Source: Tubiluchus corallicola (Eukaryota; Animalia; Priapulida). From it: DNA of 64,000 bases. Location of the stretch: assembly GCA_030141605.1 (NCBI GenBank), contig JAQGDQ010000176.1, positions 124,001 through 188,000 on the forward strand, written 5' to 3'. Shown piece by piece: positions 41,774-52,421 of this stretch. Positions within the stretch are counted from its first letter, which is position 1, and each line of letters begins with the position of its first letter. The notes under the pieces were generated by a model. It searched no databases. It saw nothing but the letters and a program-made list of their open reading frames with translations, and was not told where the DNA came from. The position numbers were made by a program, and so were the translations under genes.

Positions 41774-43589
41774 GTAAGTGCCCCACTAGTGGTCAAAATT
41801 ACCCCACTATTTGGTAACATTTGCTCCACTGCCAGGAGTGTGTTTAAACCGCGGCACTTTGGTTTCTGGCGTACTCACAGGATAGCTTCCTTCCTATACT
41901 AGTATATACTTCCTATGTGGTCCGTCCTTTGTGTGATGCTCAACTGTTGTACCAACAGGTTGGACAACTAAAATTCAATATAAAGATACAAATTACTTGA
42001 ACTTGGTCTGTCTTTTTTGCCGACCAGTAAAATTCCCTTAAAATACTTCCTTGCGCCATACAGACTCGTGTGATGTGGTCCAGTTATTTGAGATTTTAGA
42101 CTTCTACAGTTATCCACCGAGAGGACAAAAATGAGCCGATGCGAAAATTGATTTGGAGGGCTTCTCCCCTCCTCACCACCGAACTTTAACGTCTTACACC
42201 CTCACCCATCCGGCCATCCCATCCTCTTCCCAAGTCCATAGATATGCAAGCACACTTGTCACCAACTCACCATCTACACAAGTCACATGTAAGACGTCAA
42301 GATTATGCAGTAATTAGCCTATCGACCTGCCAGTCATAATAGGCAAGACTAAGAACAATGACACAACACATAAACAACAAAATTAGAGTATGAAACTATA
42401 TTATGTCTCTCGAACGATCTATTATCTCGCTTGACATAATTTTTGTCACTCGTGTCACATAATTAATGCATTTGAGTCAGAACATTACTTTTTTGAATAC
42501 TGAACACTTACGGACTTGTTAATAGTAGTTATGGTCCCCAACGGGTTTCCTTAAGTTTTAATTTTGCACATTGTCTAATAATCATATTGTTTATTATACG
42601 ACAGTCAGCTGTCAATTCCAGCAAAATCACTCATCCCGCAACCACAACGTGGAAGACTCATTTCCCGGAAAAGCTTTTCCCTAGAAAATTTTTTGCTAGA
42701 AAAATTCTTGGCAGGAGAAATTCGCAGAAAATTTTTTTGCCTAGAGCCGTCATTTCACAGAAGATGCAACAAATCTTTTTTCAAAGCTCAATTAGATATT
42801 ACGTAATATAAAATATTATAATAATTTCTACAAATTCGATATAAACATTGTAACTTTATTCTAAACATTGTATTGATTGATATGGATCGTAATTACATTC
42901 TGTTTTTGCAGAGCGTTCGTTAAAACATGTAATTTATAGCATTGTTAGTGATACTGACAAGGCTATTACTCACAGCTATCTGGCTTGCAAAAAATACGGT
43001 TAACTGCATTGCATTAATATGTACACCAATGTATGTTAGCTTGCAAACTGCTACGTGTGCGATTCGTATGGGGCGTAGTGCAGCACATTGTTTGGCATTT
43101 ATAAATTTTATTAGCTATTGGGTGCCCTCAGTTTAGTTTGCTATTAATTATTATTAGTTACTTTGTCATGTCTATTTTTCTCACAGTTTCCTGGATTACT
43201 GATATTCAATTGCAATAAATGAACTTGAAACTAGAAATTTAAAAAAATCGGTCAATTGGTTAAGACAAGAAAGTAGATCTATAACGTCAGAACGATTAAG
43301 CAGTGAGGCAGATTGACCTTCGCATGAACGTACAGCAGTACCGGGTACATGGCTTCGGTGTAAATTAGCCATTAACAGCATAAAATCATTAGCAGCAAGA
43401 TAAAACGAATCATCTTTTCATTGTTGTTGGTTTGTTGTTCCTTCTGTGACCAATCAAAGTTCAAATAAGTTTTGCACCATTGCTTCAAGCTAGATGAAAC
43501 TTGGCAGAGTGCCACTAAAGAAAAGAAAAAGAATATATATATCAAATTTTATCAGCGAAATCCGTATCCTTAGTGTTATATATATATAC

Positions 43590-43702
43590 ATCTTCTCATC
43601 TTTTCCCTATGCGGGGTCGCCGTTGTGAATAAGTCGTCTCCAGGCATTCCTGTTGTTAGCCATCTCTTCATTTATGTTCTTCTCTCTAAGGTCTCCGTTA
43701 AT

Positions 43703-43705
<3 letters not shown>
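43590..43705 (-). mobile_element. RTE-clade LINE 3' end fragment inside a (TA)n microsatellite
   Basis: The minus strand translates CINGDLREKNINEEMANNRNAWRRLIHNGDPA* (stop at 43607-43609), a typical RTE ORF C-terminus (DLR…A.DR..WRR….DP). TA repeats flank both sides. Confidence 0.78.
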
Positions 43706-43744
<39 letters not shown>

Positions 43745-44933
43745 ACCCCTACCCTATGCATCTTCCCTAAACGACGGAAAGAATTCAGCGCCGCAATGAA
43801 AGAAACTGCCCATATGTATATGTGTATGTATGCATGTATGTATGTATATACATATCTATCTATCTAATCGACTAACCAACGAATCAAGTGAATTCAAATT
43901 CACATATTCCCTAAAATATAAAATACCAAAGAAAATGATATTAGAACAATTGAATATTTGTTCTTTTTCAGATTTATTCAGCATTCTACAAAATTCCCAG
44001 GAAAAGTATATTCAATATCTAAGAATCGCATAATTTGCCTAGACAAACTTGTCTACTAGACAAACTACTAGACAGACTAGCCTACGAAAACTACAGAAGG
44101 AACCATTTTACACACTTTACCTGGTTTATTTTGACACTTAATAAAATGCTTAGGCATTCTATAGAATACACGATTTCACACTTTGCTTGTAACATATGCG
44201 CTACATTATACTGCAGATGAAGGACGAGTAGAACTTACAAGCAGATAGACACCTGTTTGACAAGTGAGCGTTTCGTCTAAAACCGGCCGTATAATGCACT
44301 CATCTAAACTGGGTTCAAGTCATCTAAACTGTCACGCTGAGCCTAAAGCACGTGCGATACAGGCACTTAAAAACCCAGGAAACCCAATGCTCATATTGCT
44401 TAATTGGGCTTATCCACTAATTCGAGGATGTTTTTGTATCAGTGGGTAACGTCCTGCGCGTAATGGCTGTTCTGGGGGTGACCACAATACGGCTGTATAA
44501 ACATTTGTTGTTATTATCCAGAGTAGGACGAGATTTCTAATATAGGTCTATGTCTAATATAGATTTGCGCTGAATTGGTGTGAATCTTTAAGGACAAGAC
44601 GAATGGGCCTAAAACTTTCTCAAGATTAGAACATATCAAATGACTTTGATGTGCTCTGAAACATCACTGGCTATTCAACTTCAGGAGTATATACGAATTA
44701 GTCATTCGAATAACTGAAATTCGTCAACGACCTCAATTAATTAAGAGAACTTTCGAAAGCCAAGAATTTGCCAAACTTGTGACAATCACAGTTTGCTTCA
44801 TGAGCTTAAAATGTTAGTGTCTTTTCATTTAGATAATAGGAACTGTCTTTATCACATTAGCATTTTTGAAAAAAGGGAAACATTCAAATGTTTACAAAGG
44901 TTCACTAAATAAAAAGCAAAGCCTTTGGGGAAA

Positions 44934-45035
44934 TTAAGTGACGTTTAGCTGGCATCCGGAATGTGTATGAGTTATGGAGGGTGCGGAATAGCTAAAATAG
45001 CTTTATATTGTTTTCTGTGCACCCGTTTATCAGAC
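44934..45035 (+). mobile_element. Partial second copy of the same MITE family as 53434-53632
   Basis: ttaagtgacgtttagctggcatccggaatg…gcggaatagctaaaatagctttatattgttttc aligns with the left ~95 bp of the intronic copy. Confidence 0.62.
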
Positions 45036-45559
45036 ATTACTAGACTCTTGTTGGAAAGTTCTTTGTTAGCCATGATAGCAAGGTAAAATGATCATTATTT
45101 AAGAAATACGTTTGTTGTAATTGTAAGTTCATCTCAGGTTTAATTCACTCAGAATGTTATTATGCACAAATCAGTGATCATCATGCTCAGTCGTGACTGA
45201 TAAAACAATTCTGACTATACTATACAATGAAGACACTTGCCAAACGAGGCAAGTGGCTAATAAAATACGCAAAGTATGTAATAAAAATTTATTAAATACA
45301 TGATTATTTGTGAAACGGACTCTGAAAATTGCGTTTTATTATTACTCTTGTCTCTTCAGAAATTTTCTGTTTAATTTACCAACTACCCGTCTGTTGTAAA
45401 TCTTAGTGATTGCGGCGGTAGTCTGCAGAACTTAACTAGTCACATAAATTACGAAAAACGAAAAAGGCAAATTTTTACATGAGCATTCACTAGTGTGCAC
45501 AAAAAGTAAAGGTTATTGATAGAATAGCAATAAATGAGTTTTCGTAAGGAATGTTCGTG

Positions 45560-45760
45560 AGCATGCAGGAATCGTAGTAGGAATCTAATTTTTGTGTGAA
45601 CTTTAGGTTTAGGTACTTTTAACATTGCAGTGTTTTTTCTGTAATGTGGAATTTTTATATATAATGTACCACTGTATATTGTTGAAACTGCTTTACTAGG
45701 CTTTTGGTATAATTTTGTAATGTGTAATACTTTATTATGTTTGTAGTCATAGATGCAAGT
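45560..45760 (-). mobile_element. Possible CR1/L2-type LINE 3' remnant
   Basis: LHITKLYQKPSKAVSTIYSGTLYIKIPHYRKN loosely resembles the L..P……S..Y.G..LWN.LP..IK C-terminal motif of CR1/L2 ORF2. Confidence 0.25.
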
Positions 45761-47619
45761 CAATATTGTGATTAGTACAGTCACGTATTGGCTGGGGCGG
45801 TATTTGGGTGTGCCCCACCGTTTTTGCCTTGTTATATTGAATATATTGTCATTTTAATAAATGACCTCATTTTATCAACAAATTTTTGGTGCTTATGCAA
45901 AAAACTAGCCAGGTTTAGCCAATTTTACCGTTAGGTGGGTTTTATGAACATTAGCTTACAAAAATTAAATTTTTAACCTATTGCATGCACGTTTCCTTGA
46001 ATTCTTACGAAAAGTAGAGTTCACATTTTCAACAGTGATATGCGAAACTTAAAAAATAAACCATTATTTTGTAAGTGTAAATACTTACATACTACTAGTT
46101 CGTTCGCTAATAAAGTAAAGCAAGTGTGCACACTTAGCACCTCCTAGTGTGCACATTTAGCAGCGCAAATCGCTAGCTTGGCGACAACGTCAATACCGAA
46201 GTAGCATTAGTGTTCCTTTGTGAATAAGCTTTTTTCTGAGATGCTGGTGCACTTTGATGCTACTGACGGGAATTACGCACTAAATTCTTTCTGCTAATTC
46301 AAACCTTTTAAACAAGAATACGTGCTGTTACCCAGTATAACTTGTTTTTGTGGATTTTTTAGCGTACGGACTACTGCTCTTTAGCATTCGGTGATGTTTA
46401 AGCAATCCTTAAGCAGACAGAGCCACCTAGCGGTGAAATTTGCAAACGTCTAGAATTGATGCAATTAATGTGCTAAAGCTTACTTTCTTTTAATAATTTA
46501 ATGTAAATCAATTTCTTTTTTATATATTAAACATTTTAAGCTTGAGGCTACTCATGTCTTGCACTTTCGATTAAACGACTGATAACATATTGCTAATATA
46601 ATTCAAAATTCAATGTTCTGTGATTGCAGCCCCCTCCTGCCGCGTCCTCAATTTAAAGCGTCACTGTACATATATTTTGTAATTTGCTGAAACAAATTTG
46701 TTTGACTATATGAATCACTATGTTTACAAATCCATCAAAAAACAATAAAACCGACTTGAGTAAGACCGGAAATCACAGTGCCTAACATCCGATCACTCTG
46801 TCGTACCACAACAAGCAACAAATATTCTAAATAGAGAAAACACAAACAAACAACAATTCTTAACATTTTTGCAAGGAAAAAACTGAGTAGTGCAGCGGCG
46901 TTGAAAAATAAATATGTGCGCACTGTGGTTGTGCCACATTCCTTTGCTATTTTCCTTTTCAAAATAACACTTTATTTTTGGAGAAATACCAGGGATCGAC
47001 TATTAAAAACTCTTTAACCCCACTAATATAAAATGTCAGCCTAATGTAAGGGTTTAAATATAAATATGAAAGCTAGAGTCAAACTGGCAGATTGTTAGAG
47101 TCAAAACAATCATTGTTTACGAAGTTGGTGGTAACGTTGAGGCGTATGCTTGTTGCACTTTGTGAGAGGAGTACATTGAAGCTTATTCAACAGTCATTTA
47201 TTGTTGAAGTTTTCTAGAAAAGAGGTTTCCGAAGCCCGAATCATTTTTCAAATAAGTCAGTTTTTATGAGTGTTAAGAGCGAGTGTCAAATGAGTGAAAT
47301 AAAAACAAACATTAGGAAAATGAAAGATAAAGCCCAACTGTAACTGTTATTAATTTTTATTACATGAATCAGCTGATTTCCACCGGAAGCGTAAATCGTT
47401 TGAGAAATTTACTTAAATTTGAATTACGATTTTATAAAATATTATAATTTTCTGGAGGCAAGTCTGAGTCTAAGCAAGTCTAAGCCTTGATGTTTTAAAT
47501 TTTACAATTATTGTTTATTAAGCTTTATTTCAAATCCTATAGAATCATTTGAATTTGAAGTGATTATACCCTGCAAACGATATAATGCAAGTTACTCTGA
47601 GAAACCAATTTCATCCTAT

Positions 47620-48840
47620 ATGGGACGGGGTGCACTTTCACGGAACACATCATCGTTCACGGGACACACACTCAGACTGAATGTAACTTATCTGGTATAG
47701 ATAATAACACACTTTGGATGATAATAGACGACATATATGACAAAAAATAAGATTATCTAAATTTGGTACAGGGATGCAGATGACGTCATCGCTGCCCTTG
47801 CCGTACAACTTAGACCCAAAATTCCCTATAGCAAATAGCCGATTTAATATTAATTCATAATACATTTCATCTCATTTTTTGACTTGGCTTTCAAATTACA
47901 TACAAATATTCGATTTTGTGAAATGGACAGAGGGGTACTGGTGACGTAAGTTGGCCACTTCGTGTGTTCCAATGTTCCAATCATACCACCAAATGAAAGC
48001 CCTAATAGTAGCCAAGTGTCTATCTGTGAACGTTTTGGAGTTATAAGCCTCCAAAGTACAGGGCCATTTCTTGATTTTTTTTTTGTGTCCCAGGACAGCG
48101 GGCCAAAGTGTGAAATTGTATAAAAATGCCCAAAACGCTGTTAAAGTGATCTGAACAATCATTCTTGAAAGTTTGGCTGCTGTATATCCACTTTTTCTCG
48201 GCTATCAGACCAGACTGTAAATTACATATATAGATATTTGATGAAAAAGAGCATTCTGGTTCCAAAATGCGGCAGACACCATAATTTAATAAACTAAATT
48301 AAAATTTATATTAACTAATTTGTTGTTACGTGCTTTGAGCATTTTTCTTAATAAGCACATTTTTTTCAACAAAATAGTATTGGAAGGATATGATACCTAG
48401 GGTACTGAAACCCAAAATTCCCTTTTGTGTTTCTGGTATAAAAAAATAAAAATCTCTTTAAACCAACTCCTAAACACATTTTCTTAAAGCACTCTGATCA
48501 TTATTTATGAATCATAATTAAATTTTTTGCAACTTTTGTTTTTGCACAGCTATTTAAATAAAAGATGTGAAAATTTGCATATTATTGTCAATGGGAAAAT
48601 TGCTTTGTCCAAAATGTTACACGATGTTGTGCTTAAATAAAAACACAATATAATATAATTAACATAGGGTTATTTAGTTATTTTTCTCAATTTTTGTCAG
48701 AGGTCTTTTTTATACATACAGCTTGCACTATATTAATATGAAAATTGCCCGATAGTACTCATAAGTTTGAAGCTGGTACCAGTTTATAAAGTTTTCTCTT
48801 ATTACTCGCATGGTTTGCAGTGCTTGTGTCCCCATCTACT
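47620..48840. repeat. Probable non-autonomous DNA transposon or interspersed repeat
   Basis: Weak inverted ends (atgggacggggtgcact and agtgcttgtgtccccat), and internal motifs common in such repeats (cataccaccaaatgaaagccc, ttttggagttataagc). Confidence 0.25.
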
Positions 48841-48844
48841 AAAA

Positions 48845-49310
48845 CTATTACTGAACTAAAATAAGCCAGTCGGTGTACCTTACTGCGGCGTACCTTGCTC
48901 TACACATAATTTGTATAATGACTTTGTGCAATAATGACCAACAAATTAGAAATTAAAGATTAATACTGTGCAACCTGGGAAATAATTCTAGTTCGAATAA
49001 TTACTTTTGCCATGGTACTCCCATCGCTCTCCTATTAGCTGCCATGCAACTTGAAAACACCCGACACGAGATCTACCCGTGTCGCTCATCCTGTATTATA
49101 TCAGTTTAACTCAAGTTTATCTAAAGTTCGTTTTAGTGTTATTTCATTCGCGTGTCAATAGTGCAGTACAACGTAATCCAAGGCTCATTTAACATAACTG
49201 TGAATGAAAAAGTTTCATTTAGGTTATACGCTTCATTTAGTCTGTATTTAGTTAATATGCCTAATAAGTAGGTTTGCTATAATAATTTACAGTATTATTC
49301 TGTGTGCAAG
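48845..49310 (+). repeat. Diverged direct repeat, copy 1 (~450 bp)
   Basis: Collinear with 51232-51672. Shared blocks include gattaata.tgtgcaac, attagctgccatgcaacttg, taactgtgaa and aagtag….gctataat. Confidence 0.8.
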
Positions 49311-49963
49311 TGGAGCAAAATGTGACCGTTTATTTCTACACGGTCCGTGGTTTACCTTGAATTTAAATAATTATGCTTCTGAGAAGTGTATAATGTGTTC
49401 TTGGTGAGCGGAATTATCACTCACTAGACACAACTTGTACTTGGTTAAGCCGAGACATGCATGCTTGGTAAAATAATAGTCCTAGTCCTGCCACAATCCT
49501 CTGCATTAAGTAAATCGTCCCATTGAGTGCTGGAGTGTCTCAAACCGTAATGTCCCCGATAAAAATATTGATGTCCGGCCAGAGAAAGCATTGCTTTGTT
49601 TGTTTCAATGCCTCTACTCGTGCTAAGCTTGTGTTGTCTGTTGAATTTAAAACCGACTTTAAAAATGGCCCTTTCAAGATCAAGGCAGTGCCACTGCAGC
49701 AAAGATCAGCGCGTAAACAAAATACTCTGTAGTATGATCCTAAAACCATTCAAGTATTTGAATTCCATGTAAACTAGTTTCACGTAAGCAGAAAAAAGAA
49801 TGAATAGAACTACCTAGTGACAAAATCTCACAAAAAACACACGTTGTTACATGAATTTAAATAAACAGTGCAGTAAATCAGTAGGGGATGGTATAACAGA
49901 TCATTTTTCTTGATACGACTTAAAACTCAATGATGTTTTTTTTCAAATATTATAAACTTTTAA

Positions 49964-50110
49964 ACTGCGGGTCGGGATTGGGGTCGGGCAGGATGAGAAC
50001 TCTGCCAACGGGTTTAGGGATGGGGCTGAATGGATCGAAAAGTTCGGAATCGAAATTTGGGGGTCGAGAGACTCGAAGACCATGGCAACCCCGATCCCGA
50101 ACACCACAGT
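49964..50110. mobile_element. Small GC-rich MITE-like element
   Basis: actgcgggtcgggattggggtcgggca matches the reverse complement of the right end, actgtggtgttcgggatcggggttgcca. Confidence 0.55.
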
Positions 50111-50164
50111 AATTAATAATAGTACTAGCCAAACCCTGTAAAAATTGCACATAAACCCAAAGTG

Positions 50165-50525
50165 ACAACCCAACCATATTACACCACAACACCAACACCA
50201 CACCACACCACATTATGCCACACTCATCACACCATACCATGCCCACCCGACTATCTACACCACACCACCTAAATCATGCTACCTACTCAAACGCACCCAC
50301 ACAATGCCACCCTCCCCCCTCCCCCACATAAACCCCATCACACTGTAACCACACTACACTACACCACCCACATCACACAATGCCACACCATACCTAACAC
50401 ACCACAACACCCACATTACCGCTAACCACACCATGCCACATCCACGACAGCATACCACACCACACCACACCATCCACAGCACACTCACCACACCCACTAT
50501 GCCATACCACATCACACTAAACCCA
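50165..50525 (+). repeat. Degenerate (CACAC/CACCA)n low-complexity tract
   Basis: Read directly; strongly C/A-biased pentamer-like repeats. Confidence 0.9.
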
Positions 50526-50531
50526 CTATGC

Positions 50532-50537
50532 ATGATA

Positions 50538-50609
<72 letters not shown>

Positions 50610-50636
50610 GTGATGACGACGATGATGACGATGACG
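50532..50636 (+). repeat. (ATG)n microsatellite: 24 perfect units at 50538-50609 with degenerate flanks
   Basis: Read directly from the sequence. Confidence 0.97.
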
Positions 50637-51231
50637 CTACAACATTAACATCAACAACACAGTACCATAGTGAAACGATGCAAAACATTTTACACAAAGT
50701 TAAAACTATGCAATTTACATGTACAATCTACATCACATTAGAATGGTGGGTGAATACAATGCCCAGTGTAAGGATTATGGGGTTGAAAAAGAAATTTGAA
50801 ATTCACTCTTCCCGTTTTGTCTAGTGGACATCTCTCCCAACGATACCTTAGCATCTTGTCAACCGTTTCCTCCTCTTTTCAGGAGTGTCTTTATTTTTTC
50901 TCAGCGTGCCTAAGCAGTTGCACAAATCGAATTTTTCTGGAGGCTGTTTGTGCAGTTCTTCGCAAAATTTGGGTGTATGGGTCCGGGAAAATGCCCGAGG
51001 CGGGAAACTATTATTATATAGATTACTCTATTATTTATATCCCATACCACCGAAATTGATATATACGATGGAGTGTTCTGTAAGTAATATTTTTCTCAAA
51101 AGTAAGTCTCAAAATAGCGTATTATACAGTTGGCTAAGGTGTCAGACATAGTAAGGGGCGCCAACTAATAATACTTCTCCCTCGCTGTGCCTAAAAACTT
51201 TTACCAGCGTTGTTTAAAAGGCTACACAATA

Positions 51232-51672
51232 GTATATTGAACTGGAGTAAGCGTCACTAAGTGCCATTACGCCATTACCCAATCATAATTTATATATTAT
51301 TTTGTGTAAAAATGGCTAATGATTAATAGTGTGCAACTGAGAAATAATTTTGTTATAATTGCTTTTACCATGGCATCACTTGTAATTATCCCATTAGCTG
51401 CCATGCAACTTGTTAGTCCATTATAAGGTCTCTCGTATGTCTATTGAAGTCGTATGTAACTGAAGTTCAACTATATGTGTTTGCTTCATTCTCTGTGTCA
51501 TCCTGTTATGATCATGGGTCGTTTGTCAGTGTAGCATTATATGTTACAGAGCTATTTAACTGTGAACTTAAAAAAGACCAATTTAGTTTATAGCTACATG
51601 CGTCTGTGCTTTAGAAATGAACAACCTATTATGGTAAGTAGACTCGCTATAATTAATAACACCATTCTGCAG
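51232..51672 (+). repeat. Diverged direct repeat, copy 2; candidate promoter / 5'UTR exon of the DEG/ENaC gene
   Basis: See copy 1. This copy contains tataa near 51422 and the donor ATG|gtaagt at 51633/51634. An acceptor attaacag| at 52408 lies 13 nt before the channel ATG. Confidence 0.7.
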
Positions 51673-52421
51673 AGTTTTCATAAGCTTGGAAAGTTTTCAT
51701 TAAGGTTTAAGATTTGTGGTTACTTTGACAGGTTAGCCAGCTAAAAGATACGTTTGGCTAGAATGAGATTTTTGCACTGTCCGGGATGCCCAGTCGAATC
51801 GGGGTTCGCATCCTCTTCACCCACCTAGATATCACCACACAACCATTGACGGTTTCTCAAATAGGACCTTTGCTAAAAATACTCGTATATTTATGATAAT
51901 ACTATATCCATATATAACTATAAATAACTTTAGTAAAAAGCGAACGTTCGTCCATTAATGAGTTTCAGAATGATAATGATTGCGCAAATATGCAAATGTT
52001 TTCTATACTGCAAAGCTGTATTTTCCAAAAAAGCCAAAAAGGTCAAAAAATAGTGTTTTTTTCCTTGCCGCACATCCATAAGAAAAAATAAACCATTAAT
52101 AAAAAAGATATGTTTTAATATATTTCACGATCCAAATGGTAATAATTTGGTCGAAATTATAACGGAAATTTAGTCACTTACACATATACGAATATGTGCT
52201 TTATTAATTTTATCCTTTCATTTCGTATAAATACAAAGCAAAATTTACTGTCGTGGTCTAAAAACTTTCCGAAGATGCTCTCATTTAAGAAGGAAACAGA
52301 CATCTAGCTTCTGTCGCAGGACAATGAGGACATGATCTTTGTAACAGCTTGTGATGTTTCTAGAATAACTAAAATTTAGTAATAATTCTAGTTCGTCTTA
52401 ATTAACAGATACCAAGCAAAA

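Noticed and set aside
48981-48995. Exact 15-mer aataattctagttcg also present at 52381-52395
   Set aside because: Several such AT-rich matches are expected by chance in 64 kb, and there is no flanking similarity.
50433-50824. ORFs with poly-Met, poly-Asp or poly-Ser
   Set aside because: They are translations of the (ATG)n microsatellite in different frames, with no other coding signal.
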